Source: Rotaria socialis (lineage: Eukaryota). Taken from it: a stretch of DNA of 53,817 nucleotides. The notes beneath the pieces were generated by a model. That model saw only the letters and a list, made by a program, of their open reading frames with translations. It searched no databases and was not told where the DNA came from. Shown here piece by piece: positions 1 through 11,853 of the stretch (position 1 is its first letter; each line of letters opens with the position of its first letter). The translations under genes and the position numbers were made by a program. The stretch spans positions 1 through 53,817 of the forward strand of contig CAJNYD010000271.1 of assembly GCA_905331295.1 (NCBI GenBank), in the 5' to 3' direction.

Positions 1-231
1 GTTGAGGGATAGATTTAAAAGCCGAAATCAGATTTATCTTCGAGTTCTTGTCGTCGAATCTTGTTTGACCACTTTCCCGATTCAAGTCAAGTAACATGTT
101 CACGTTTTAGTTTGTTTTCCGGTTTTCCCTTAAATCCCTATTTATGTTCCAGCGAATTCCCAGTCTCTCAGAAACCACTTGATTTTCAAGTCGAAAGGCA
201 CTGCCTTTTTGACCCAGAAATGTAATCTTTC

Positions 232-445
232 TCAAATCCAAGTGGGATCGTTTTGAAATCTTATTGAAATATAAATGAAATCCATTTCAAATCTGAATAA
301 AATCTTTTTGAAATCCAAATGGAATCTTTTTGAAATCTAAATGAAATCCGTTTCAAATCCAAATGAAATCTTTTTGAAATCTGAAAGAAATCCATGTCAA
401 ATCCAAATAAAATCGTTTTGAAATCCGAATGAAATCTGTTTGATT
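232..445. repeat. Degenerate short tandem repeat built on GAAATC / (T)TTGAAATC(C/T)AAAT units
   Basis: GAAATC or CAAATC recurs every ~10-22 bp (e.g. ttttgaaatccaaatggaatctttttgaaatctaaatgaaatcc). It explains the spurious ORF 261..596. Confidence 0.75.
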
Positions 446-461
446 TGCAGGTGAAATCATC

Positions 462-757
462 TAGAGTAACGAATGGAAAACGGCCGTTTACTTTGATGTA
501 CGGTAGTCTTGGTGGTCGTAAACGGCTGTGTATGTTAAGATACGGCGATACTCGTTGTCGTAAACTGTCGTTTCGTTCAAAATACGACCGTGTCATGGCA
601 CTGCTTTTAACGTTTACGGTAGTTTGGTTTCACCGTTTACGTCACGGTGGGTTACGGCCGTAATACGGGGCATACCAAACGGTTTATTTACGGCCCGTAT
701 ACGGTCGTAACCCTGACGGTTAGGCGGTTTACGGCCACTGTAATGTTCGTCCTTGGT
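462..757. mobile_element. Probable non-autonomous DNA transposon fragment with internal TTACGG/CCGTAA/ACGGTCG motifs
   Basis: GC-richer island with many short direct and inverted copies of (T)TACGG(T/C)CG; ends abruptly at ...gttcgtccttgg. Matching opposite terminus not found. Confidence 0.4.
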
Positions 758-1239
758 ATAGCAGATAATATGTACTTGTTTTCAAGATCGATATCAAAGC
801 TTTCAAAGAGTCTCTATCGATATCTCACTTCAGATGGCTTCTCTGATTCATTTACACTGTAGCATCACTTAATTCTTATTAATCATTATATTAACTTTAT
901 CTTTAAAAAAATATTATCATACATCATCTTTCTCAATTGCTAGCTCTTTTTTCTTAATTCTAGATCCTATTCGCCACGCTCACAACTAAACAAAAACAAA
1001 ATTCAAATATTACGTTTTTTAAAGTCACTAAACTTTCGACTTTTTAAAGTTTCTTACCTAGAATCGATTAAAATCTTCACTTAACGATAACGAAGATTTA
1101 ACTTGAAAGAAACTATTTTTTATTCTCTCACTTAATCAAGAGATAATATTCGTTCTCACTCAGGAGTTTGAACCCTGTTGAATCTCAACGAGAAACGATT
1201 CTGTAAATAATTCAACTCAATTATTTAGTAAAATACTAC

Positions 1240-1470
1240 TGCAAGACTGATGGTTCGAAAAAATCAGCATTGTCAAAAGTTGAAAAACGAAAAGATTTCT
1301 ACTGAAAACGTGAGGGTGCGGGGTGTGGGAGTGGGTGTGGATGTGGATGAGGGTTTAGACAGAATAACACCCACAGCCGCCCCTTTATTTGCGGAAGCAG
1401 CTGTTCTCAATACTGGAACCTGTGCTTCGCACCGCATTTCGTAGTCGACTAAAGCTCGAGTACCATCTAG
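1240..1470 (+). mobile_element. Probable Helitron-type element 3' end
   Basis: Imperfect hairpin tcgac-taaa-gctcga(g) at ~1445-1460, then CTAG at 1467-1470 followed by T; a second hairpin gtgc-ttc-gcac lies upstream. The 5' TC terminus was not identified, so the start coordinate is approximate. Confidence 0.4.
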
Positions 1471-1574
1471 TTAATTTTGTATTTGATTCTCGTTGAAAAT
1501 CAATAAAGTATATTGAAACAAAATGAAGAAAAACTTCATGCTGACTTTTACTTGGACCTGAAACTCTAAGGATC

Positions 1575-1781
1575 TGATAGGGTGTAAAATGAAAAATCTC
1601 TGTGATAGGGTAGGGTTGGGTAAGGGTACAAAGCCCCTAGGGCAGGGTAGGGCAAGGTTACGAAGTCTATAGGCTAGGGTAGGGCTAGGGTAAGAACGCC
1701 GTAGGGCAGGGTACGACAAGGGTACGAAGTTTTACGATAGGGCAGGGTTAGGGTACAAAAGTCTTAACCTGCAGGACGCTA
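1575..1781. mobile_element. MITE-like fragment with (T/C)AGGG pentamer repeats
   Basis: Clustered agggtagggttgggtaagggtac / agggcagggtagggc motifs ending in cctgcaggacgcta; only one terminus is visible. Confidence 0.4.
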
Positions 1782-3674
1782 AGGCCGGCCTGGCGGCATC
1801 TCTGGTACCGTGTACTCTTTCTTTTGCTACTCTTTTAGATTTTTAAAGTTATTTGTTGTTGAATTGAAGAGTTATATCAATCAAGTTATTAATGCGATGT
1901 GAAGCAAAGCATTTATGAAATCCGTCGCGTACGCATTCAATGTCAGCATTTTTGTGGCACGATGATATCAAGAACGAATTTTCACCTGATGCTCGTTGAA
2001 ACACTTTTAGTAACATTAAGATCTCTATACGATACAAATTTTGCTCGATTTGTCCTTTCGAATTTGGTTTGTACAAAGTAAAAGATGGATAATATTTTTC
2101 AGTTAGCCGATTCCATGTAGTGAGGCTTGGCGTTGATTTAACCATAATTAAAATTAGTTTAAATCAGTGACTGTCTTTATCCGTTGCGTAAAAATTACAT
2201 GTGGTTCATCGTAAACAATTTAGACCGACTGTGATTTACAATATAAGTCGAAACCAATGTAATAACTATTTTTACTAGCTGATTAAAAAGTTGACGATTA
2301 AATTCATAAATTCCTCAGCCTAAAATTAAATAAATATTTAATATTCAATCACTCAAATAAAAGACCGAATATGTTTATTTATTGATGCTGAGTTTTGTGA
2401 ATGTAAACAATTTACACTTAAAATACAACCGATCTTATTTCGTACGATTCTGAATGTATCATTCTCGTAAATTTGTAGCGAATTTATTATAGAACCGGTA
2501 TCCTTGTTTCTTTTGTATTACTATGTCATGTAAAACGTGAATTGACTGAATAGAACGAGCATGAGAAAATAAATTAGTGTTGAAAACATCGTTGCTATTA
2601 AAATGAGACAAAATATTGATGGTAACTATCTAACCTCAAGGCCAACGGTGTGAAATATGTTTTAGGTTTTTCTCGGTTGTCAAGTTTTCGTGAAAATGGA
2701 TAATAAAATCAGATAAAAATGTTCGTTTTGCTCACTGTTGAAGAAACGATCAACGCTTTCGTTGTTTTTTCTATAACGAAAATTTGAATAAAAAGATACA
2801 AGATGTTGATTCAGTAGAATATTATTCGAACGTATCTTATATTGGTCAGATCGTATAAATACAAAACTTCACGAAGCTAAACAACGTGAAATAATTCTAT
2901 TTATGAAGAATAGTTGCTCGGCATGTTTATTATCAAAATTCTGATAATTTGTGATACAATTAATCCATACTTTTGTATCGTGTCCACTTGCTCTGAATAT
3001 TAAATCATCTTTTTTATTATTATCTGAAAAGTAAAATGTGAAGTCTGACGATTACGATCAGTTAAAAATAAAAAGGAACACTATTCGAGTATTGTAGATC
3101 AAAGTTGAAATGCAATCATGAAAACGATGCATCTAGCTTTTCAAAATATGAAATGCTTTTCAGGATTGTTCATTAATACCCTAGGACTTTCATTTTTCTG
3201 TTTTGATGGCATATTGATTTTATTCAGTTCTTATTCAAGTTCTTACGAAAAAAAACTAGTCCTTAGCATCGATAATTTCATGAAACAATCAAATATGAAA
3301 ATATCTGCAAGCATATCACAGGCATCAAATAATAGAAAATTCTTGATTAAAACATATGATGATAATTAGTTGAATATGTTGAGCTTGCGCTTTTTGTTCT
3401 GCTTCTTGTTTAATTAATAATTGTTGGATATGCATCGATCATCCAGGATTGTGACTTGGTAGTGCAAGGACTAACACAAGATTGCATCATTTGGTTTACG
3501 ACTTGAAACAACAAAGAACAATGACATACGTGCACGTCGAACATTTACGTGCCCACTTAAGCAAAGACGAGCTCGCGTCTTGAAAACAGTTGGCGATGAA
3601 TAAAATGGAGCTCAATAAACTGATGTTTTTCTTTACTGCTCTCTTTCCAGCTCTTCTCATATATCGTAGCTTCC

Positions 3675-4343
3675 AAATTGCGGCCGAAAATTAAGCCAAT
3701 TAAGAAAAAAACGGTCGCAATTTGGAATGAAGAATTTTCCGTTGATCTCTTTTTTTTATTCGGTTCCAAATTGCGACCACTTGTCAATTATCAATCAATC
3801 AATACTTTTAATTGAAAAAAATTATTGAAGAAAAGACTACAGAAAATTATTCCTCATCAGTACTGTCTTTTATAATGTGGATGTAGCGATGAAAAATAGC
3901 ACGCAAAACTTTTTGAACATTTTCTGGCAATTTCGGTTCATGCTTATGATTTTCACCATTTGATTTTATAATTACATTATTTTTCCATGCTATAGAACGA
4001 GAGCACCACTTATTAATGCAGACATAAAGTGATGAACTGTTCTTATTTTCTCGCCTTAACTGAAATAAATAGTTATTGTATAGAATAGCCTTTTAACCTT
4101 TTTCGGTAGTTGACCAAGTAAAGTTCGTATTCATTGTATGATATTCACTAGAAATCTTTTTTTTCACGCTTATATATCAACATTGTCATTACAGTACAAC
4201 TCATCATCATATATACTGATAACTAATCAATTAAAAGTGGCCGCAATTTGGAATCGCATAAAAAATGAGGTCAACGTAAAATTCTTCATTCCAAATTGCG
4301 ACCATTTTTTTTTCTTAATTGACTTAATTTTCGGTCGCAATTC
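3675..4343. mobile_element. MITE with ~110-bp imperfect terminal inverted repeats
   Basis: 3675-3788 (aattgcggccgaaaattaagccaattaagaaaaaaacggtcgcaatttggaatgaagaattttccgttgatctc...) is the reverse complement of ~4229-4343 (...gaggtcaacgtaaaattcttcattccaaattgcgaccatttttttttcttaattgacttaattttcggtcgcaatt). Outer ends and TSD are eroded. Confidence 0.8.
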
Positions 4344-4379
4344 GACCATAGCCCTTGAAACTGTTAATTTTGTTTATAA

Positions 4380-4870
4380 TGAATAAATAGGACATGCACA
4401 ATATCTGTGTGGATGCTCTTGCGGTAAACGATCTGAACAATGGCAATATTTATTTTGTATTTCTTTTGTTGTCGATATGAATAGTTCTGGCTGTAAGCTA
4501 GCGTTTAATACTGAAGAGGATGCGTTAATGTTTTGAACAGAAAAAAAGTCATCTTCAGACTGGTATCATATTGACTCTGCAATGCTGTTTCTATTGAAAT
4601 CAGTATTCATCGATGTCTTAAGATAGAAACGTATAAAAACACGGGGATAGATCAACCAATGCGAAGTCCTATTTACTTTATTATTTTGTAAGACACTAAC
4701 AAATTGCTGGGCTCCATAGTTGTTGATAAGTCAAAGGAAGATGATGAATAAATGCGAATCACCATATTGTTTTGTAACATATCAGCAATGGACTGGAGTA
4801 TCAGGGAATGTTCGAATGATGTCCTCCTTATTATTGTCACTTATTTCGACTGGATCTTTTTCGAAAAGAT
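4380..4870 (-). pseudogene. Decayed RNI-like leucine-rich-repeat gene fragment
   Basis: Minus strand reads ...INNYGAQQFVSVLQNNK | 60-bp GT..AG intron (4676-4617) | TSMNTDFNRNSI..., matching the GAxxLxxxLxxNxTLxxLxLxxNxI pattern, with in-frame TGA stops on both sides. Confidence 0.35.
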
Positions 4871-6064
4871 ACACCATCTAATTCTCAACAAACGAATCCA
4901 ATACAACAAATTACAAAAAATTCATTCTAGCAATATACTTATTAGAGTAATATTGCATGTCTAGAATATTGATGTCCTGTTTCGATGGATTTTCATGACG
5001 AAAGCTTATTGTATACAAGGAGAGTTATCTAACTAAAGAAAATACTTTTCTTTTTCTTTAAGAAAAAATTTCACAAGAGAAGATTGCATTTTGAAAATTC
5101 TTAAATATAAAAATAAAATAGATCTTCACCAAGTTGAAACATGAATCCCGCATTAATACTCCAGTAAAGTGTTAGTCTTAGCTTTTATGAGATTCATGTT
5201 CATTTTTCTAGAGAATCAAACGGTGAATATTTTGAAAAAGCAAGTTTCCTCATTGACTAGAAAAATATCTACATATCGGTACTATATCGGTTTGTGTTGG
5301 TTCATCTTTTTCATCACTGGGAAGTTTTTCTTCTCTCAACCATCACTAACTCTCTCTGTCTTATTATCTAAATCAATCACACAAGTAGATGACGACATTT
5401 TTTTAAAGTTGCTTTATAAATAAAAAGACTCTTGACTCTCTTAAAACAAGTCATTAATTTTTGTCGAAATAGATTTGTGTCGCTATTTCATCTTATTCTC
5501 AATTCTTTAGAAAATGAGTGATTTCGACTGCGCAATCAGAAACGTTTTTCTCATGTGTACATGATTACTTTTGAGTTTTACTTTGATACTAGATTTGCAC
5601 ATATCAATATCTAATATATTCTATGGACAAAATAATGTCATTCTCTGTCATTTATGGCAAATGTCTTGGATTCTAATGACAACTGTGCAATTCTCGAAGT
5701 TAAATATTGAAGTAGTATTTATAATGAAACATAATTCAGTGTAAATAATGACACTGCAATTCCAAAGAAAACGCATTTTAACAAGAAGTTTTTATATAAT
5801 CAGGCACTTATAGTAGACAATAAGCTAACGACATCTATTTGTTGATTTTTCAAATACACTTAAAACTTGATATATTTACGGGCAAAAACTTTTAATTTAT
5901 TATAAACATAAGAATAATTCATCTTTATATGATGAATAGAATATTAATGGTTCTATTGATCTTCAATGATAACTGATTAAAACGTGTTCGTATGCATTTG
6001 ACTATTCATATTTAATAAATCTCTACTCACTCTCGTCGATAAATATTTGAAATAATCATATAAA

Positions 6065-7449
6065 ATGCCACATGAAGATCGCGAACCAGATGAATTATTT
6101 GAAATTCGAACAAATTTCTATACAGGCAATTATCAACAAACGATTAATGAGGCAACAAAACTCAAAGTTTGTTATACTACGGCTGTTTTCTCTGAATTTA
6201 ATTGTTATTTTTCAGGTTCCACAAAATTTACAAACAGAAAAAGATTTATTTATGTATCGTTCATATATAGCTCAGAAAAAATATGGTGTTGTACTAGATG
6301 ACATTCGTCCATCAACATCTCAAGAGGAGTTAATTGCTGTTCGACTACTAGCTGAATTTATGGCAAGTGAATCTAAACGGTAATTATACTTTTTTCAAAT
6401 ATTTCTAGTTCCTAAAATAACTTTTTCGTATTTTAGTGACAATATTTTACATGATCTTGATAGTAAAATGGGTGGCAATGTTAAAAATTCATTTTGTTTA
6501 CTTGTAACTGCTTATATGTATTATCTTAGTGAAGTAAAAAAATTATCGAGTTGGTTCATTTGTTTTTAAATACTATTTTATTGATTTAGAACTATGAAAC
6601 TACCCTTAAGGTTTTACATAATGCTGATTCATTGGAATGGTAAACTCTATTATTAAAGTTTAATTAGAATTTATTTTTTTCTCTTTTATTTTAGTTGTGC
6701 ATTAACTATACAAGCATTATTAAAAATGGATCGTCTTGATTTAGCTAAGTATGTTGATGAGCTAAACTAATAATTTTGCTTCAGTTACTAAATGAAATAT
6801 TGTTCTATTGTCTTTTTATAGGAAAGAATTAAAACGAATGACAGATATAGATGAAGATTCGGTATTAACTCAATTAGCAACCGCTTGGATTAACATCGCT
6901 ATAGTATGTTAATGATTTATTGTTTATTAACTGTTTATTTATTCATGTTTGTATGATTATTAGGGTTCAGAAAAATTACAAGAAGCTTATTATATATTTC
7001 AAGAATTATCTGATAAACATACAGTTACACCACTCCTTTTAAATGGACAAGCTGTTTGCTATATGGCACAAGGAAAATATGAGGATGCGCAAACCGCACT
7101 TCAAGAAGCACTTGATCGAGTAAAGATTTCGTTTTTTCGAAGAAAAGATACTTTTTGAATATTTTATATGCGAATATTTATTTATTTTAAGGATAGCAAC
7201 GATCCTCAAACATTAATTAATTTAATTGTACTTTCTCAATTAACAGCTAAACCAACTGAAGTTTCAAATCGTTATATATCTCAAATGAAAGACTCACATG
7301 CAAATCATCCATTTGTTCGAGATTTAGCTAACAAAGTATTTTTAGAACATTTCAATATAATAGAAGTTTATTTATATGATTTTTATTTGTTTTAGGCTAA
7401 TGAACTTGATCGTCTTGTTCGTAATTATCAACCATCTGTATCGTCTTAA
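6065..7449 (+). CDS. COPE: Coatomer subunit epsilon (multi-exon)
   Basis: Spliced translation [30 protein letters not shown]...[17 protein letters not shown]...[37 protein letters not shown]...[18 protein letters not shown]...HPFVRDL. Exon 1 is 6065-6166, exon 2 starts 6216, stop TAA 7447-7449; short GT-AG introns. Confidence 0.95.
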
Positions 7450-8457
7450 ATTAGAAAAAACAATTTTATCAAGATCAAATAATTGACAGACAGACATTAG
7501 GGTGTTTGAATTCTTTATCTTATATCTTATTTAAATCTGTTTTTCTTTCGTTTTTTTTTCAAGTAAAATTCATTATCCATCTTATATGTTTCAACTAATT
7601 TAATCAAAAAATTTTCTTTTTATCTCAAGATATTTTTACGGGGCAGTGGTAGAAATTCAGTCGGAAATGATTTCAGAACGCAAGAACAATTCTCTTACAT
7701 TGACATGTCAAATCTAGAGAAACGTTCTTTGTTCACAATCAAGTAGTCTAATACTGAAGTGCACAAGCGTGCCAATACGAGTCTATGCGAGAAGGTTCCC
7801 TGTTGTGAGTCTCTATTTTCAATTGATTTTATCGTATTATTCGTGCCTAATTAACTGTAATTGTATGTGCCCCTATTGACAACGCCTATTTTAATCATAG
7901 TTTTTCAAAATACTTTGTTCAGTTGCCAAGCAAAATTGCAACTTCTCTATTGATATAATTTATAATGTTATTTACATTGAAAATATCAAGCGAAGCATCT
8001 GTTCATAATATACATATTCATTGGGAAATATTTCTCACCATTCAATAATCAGTCTCTATCATGTACTATCATTGAAAATGGTATTTAATATTAGTTATAT
8101 TACTCTTGTCACATATACATATGTTTCATTACATACACATTCATAAATGAATGTTTCCATTAAATCATGATCATGTTTACATTGTTGGTGTTTTTGGTAC
8201 TTGATGAAAATAAGCTCGAAGCAATTCAATATTTGAAATCTAAAAATTTGTTTTATTTTTATGACTAATTATTGAAATAAACTTTATATAAAGCAGGATA
8301 AATACATGCTGATTAAATGAGTAGAGTTTATATTTTTGCATTAGTATACAGTCATAAGTGAACTAAGAATGATTTGAACACTAACTTTACCGAATATAGA
8401 GATTTATTTCTTTAAAAACAAAATAATTCCGTTTATTTTCATTTTATTTGTAGATCA

Positions 8458-9513
8458 ATGGTTATCACATCGATAGGTTTCGAAGGTAGTGCCAATAAAA
8501 TTGGTATTGGTATAATTCGCGATGGACAAGTTCTTTCAAATCCACGTCGCACCTACATAACACCGCCTGGTGAAGGTTTTCGGCCAAATTTAACAGCTAA
8601 ACATCATCAATCGGCTATATTGGATTTAATTGATTTGGCACTAAAAGAAGCAAATATTGAATCACTTGCTGATATTGATGTTTTTTGTTTTACAAAAGGT
8701 CCTGGTATGGGTGGTCCATTAATCGTCGTAGCAACTGTTGTTCGAGCACTTGCTCAACTCTATGATAAACCTATTGTAGGTGTTAATCATTGCATTGGAC
8801 ATATTGAAATGGGGCGTTTAATAACCGGTGCAACAAATCCAGTTGTACTTTATGTAAGTGGTGGTAACACACAAATCATCGCCTATTCTGAACATCGTTA
8901 TCGTATATTCGGTGAAACCATTGATATTGCAGTTGGTAATTGTCTTGATCGTTTTGCTCGTTTATTAAAATTATCCAATGATCCAAGTCCCGGTTATAAT
9001 ATTGAACAATTAGCTAAGAAAGGAAATACTTATATCCCATTACCATATACAGTTAAAGGAATGGATGTATCATTTTCTGGTATATTAAGTCATGTTAAAA
9101 CTATTATTGTTGGACATAAACAAGCTAGAACGCAAGCACATGAACAAAAAAAAATAAAATATTCCAATGAAGATCTTTGTTTTTCATTACAAGAAACATT
9201 ATTTGCAATGCTTGTTGAAATCACTGAACGTGCATTGGCACATGTTGGTTCAAATCAAGTACTTATTGTTGGTGGAGTTGGATGTAATGTACGTTTACAA
9301 GAAATGATGGGTGTTATGTGTAACGAACGACAAGCAACTGTATGCGCTATTGATGAACGATATTGTATTGATAATGGTGCTATGATTGCACAAGCTGGCT
9401 ATGAAATGTTTCGTGCTGATAAAACTCGTAAGGGTATGACATTAGAAGAAACATCATGTTCACAACGATTTCGTACCGATGCTACGTTTGTCAATTGGAG
9501 AGAAGATAAATGA
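8458..9513 (+). CDS. OSGEP: tRNA N6-adenosine threonylcarbamoyltransferase (Kae1/OSGEP), intronless CDS
   Basis: [34 protein letters not shown] (HxxxH metal site), [32 protein letters not shown]. Confidence 0.97.
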   Translation: MVITSIGFEGSANKIGIGIIRDGQVLSNPRRTYITPPGEGFRPNLTAKHHQSAILDLIDLALKEANIESLADIDVFCFTKGPGMGGPLIVVATVVRALAQLYDKPIVGVNHCIGHIEMGRLITGATNPVVLYVSGGNTQIIAYSEHRYRIFGETIDIAVGNCLDRFARLLKLSNDPSPGYNIEQLAKKGNTYIPLPYTVKGMDVSFSGILSHVKTIIVGHKQARTQAHEQKKIKYSNEDLCFSLQETLFAMLVEITERALAHVGSNQVLIVGGVGCNVRLQEMMGVMCNERQATVCAIDERYCIDNGAMIAQAGYEMFRADKTRKGMTLEETSCSQRFRTDATFVNWREDK

Positions 9514-10074
9514 AAAACTCAATTTTTTTTCTGTTGTTATATTCAAATTTTTATAATTGAATCCTATGGATTACTTCTCGGACTTTTTTTAGAAAAAAAT
9601 ACATTGAACACGACAGACAACGTCCATTTGAAAAACAACAAAAGTTTGTTTTGTCTTTCAGATGAATTATTGTTCGAGTTGACAAGAAGAAGAAAAAGAA
9701 GTAAATGATAGATTCTATTGATGATTCAATGTTGGACTAGTTGTGGTTTCAGATAAGGTGAAGATATAGTTAGAAACCTTGATGTATCTAGTTTTCAGAA
9801 TTATGGTTCTGAGTAAATTCAGATTATCTGTAAATAAGATATTTACAAGAGAATCTTTGGTTAGTATTATTTTTTTGATGAAGTCGAATATGAGTTCACA
9901 ATCGAATCCTTCTTGTTATCATGAATATACCAAATGTATTGTATTTGTTTTTGAAACTAATTATATTCTAGTGAATAATTTAAATATGTTTACAATTTTA
10001 TTATTCATGTGTTACGAAGAATTATCATTCGTTTTATTACTTTAATTCTTAGACATCGTAAAATAATATACAAC

Positions 10075-11001
10075 ATGTCCACAGCAGAACTTCGATATGC
10101 AAATCAATTCGAAATAATTCGCAGCGAAGAAAAAGATCGTTATTTGATAAGTCAATTATCCCAACAATTAGATGAACTCTATACAAAATTGTTTGGTTTA
10201 AATAATTTTCATATTTATCAACCGTATCTACATCGTTTAAGTGAACTACTATATTATTTAACGACAACATTATCAAATCGACAGACCATTGGCGAGGAAT
10301 ATGTTTGTTTAATACAATATGATCCTATTACAAAACGAATTCCATCATTAATGCGTCGCTTATTCATGATATTTTTTCGAATATTTGGTGATTTAATATC
10401 AAAATATTTTCTTACGTCATTTCTAATTCGTCCAATCGCAGAAGATTTTTTTCATCCAAAATTATCATTACAAACCATTGAATTGATTACACGTTTTATA
10501 ATTACATCCATTGAAAGAACACATAAAATATCTTTTTATTTAACTGGTTATTATTATAATATAAGTAAAATTCTAACACGTATTCGTTATCTAATTTATA
10601 GTCGATCAACATCCGAGAGTATAGAAATACAATCAAATATGAACAAAACAATTAAATTACTTAGCTTATGTCTTTGCATTCAACATATTATTGAAACTTA
10701 TACGTCATTGAAACAAGTTGCTTTATCTATCAGTCAACATAGAAATCAATTAAATCTGATAGCCGAAGAAGAAAAAGAAAAAGAAAAGAAAATCGTATCA
10801 GAAGATATAACATCGTCAACAGATTATGTTCGATGTCCATTATGCTATGAATTAGCTATATCAAATGTTGCACTCGTACCTGAATGTGGTCATGTTTTTT
10901 GTTGGCAATGTATTCATACTTGGGTTGCTGAAAATCAAACCTGTCCATTATGTAAAACAAATACTATGCAATCCCGTATTGTGCATTTGATTAATTATTA
11001 A
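10075..11001 (+). CDS. PEX10: Peroxisome biogenesis factor 10 (Pex2/Pex12 N-terminal domain + C3HC4 RING), intronless CDS
   Basis: ATG at 10075 (MSTAELRYANQFEIIRSEEKD), LLYYLTTTLSNRQTIGEEY motif, FYLTGYYYNISK, C-terminal RING CPLC...CGHVFCWQCIHTW...CPLC. Confidence 0.92.
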   Translation: MSTAELRYANQFEIIRSEEKDRYLISQLSQQLDELYTKLFGLNNFHIYQPYLHRLSELLYYLTTTLSNRQTIGEEYVCLIQYDPITKRIPSLMRRLFMIFFRIFGDLISKYFLTSFLIRPIAEDFFHPKLSLQTIELITRFIITSIERTHKISFYLTGYYYNISKILTRIRYLIYSRSTSESIEIQSNMNKTIKLLSLCLCIQHIIETYTSLKQVALSISQHRNQLNLIAEEEKEKEKKIVSEDITSSTDYVRCPLCYELAISNVALVPECGHVFCWQCIHTWVAENQTCPLCKTNTMQSRIVHLINY

Positions 11002-11853
11002 TAGTTGTTCTTGTTGTTGCCTTGATTTTTTATATTTAAAAACAATCGATTAAATAATGATTTTCTTTTTATTTAGGGAAAAAAATGTAGTCCCAAAAAT
11101 GAGTAATCCTTAGTGTTAGACTATTTTTCAGTGGACCTATGATGTAATAAAAAAAAATACGAAATCCAAGATTGAAATATATATATTTATCATAAATATA
11201 AAGAAAACTATTAACTGTTATGTAAAATAAAGACAAAAATATGTAGAAATGAAGACTTCTCTTTTTTTTCTTTCTCGTAAACGTTAACAACTACAAAAAA
11301 AAACAGACAAGAGATTTTACTAGACGAAGTAGTGGCATTGCCAGCGAATGATAACTGTTCTAAATAAATCCTCAAAAATGAAACACCTTAAATGAAAATA
11401 ATTTTTCATTATATCAACTTGCTTTCAAAAATAGTTTCGCTACTAAATGAATGTAGTTGTAAAATGATTTATTTGATATAGAATACAGAAAACACATTTC
11501 CAGTGTCTTAGTTTTCATGAGTTTAACAAAATACTTCTCTTAGTAGATAATCTTTTTCAATAAAAATCAAGTGTTTTCTCTTATTCATTCTAACTGCTAC
11601 TGTTCAGGAGAAAAGTCCGACACTACTCTATTTCGCAACTTTTTGAACATTAAGTTTCGTAAAAAAAAGATTACTAACAGTAGAGATACTTGATCTTTAA
11701 GATTTTCTATTGTTCAGTTTGAAACTAGCTCTTCTTAAATTGTCTATCGTGATGATAGCTGGTGTGGCATTTAAAAAGAAAATACTTTTATAGTCAGAAT
11801 TTTCAAAAAACAAACTGAATTACATATAATTTTAGACTTTTGATAATTGTTAC

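Noticed and set aside
1605..1755. Telomeric repeat interpretation of the TAGGG/CAGGG-rich stretch
   Set aside because: Irregular pentamers interrupted by unique sequence; better explained as MITE internal repeats.
10009..10074. N-terminal extension of the PEX10 ORF
   Set aside because: Non-ATG start running through a polypyrimidine tract and acceptor; the first ATG is at 10075.
8458..11001. Intronless OSGEP and PEX10 as horizontal transfers or retrocopies
   Set aside because: Both are eukaryote-type sequences with the same A/T-ending codon bias as their neighbours; no poly(A) remnant or TSD seen.
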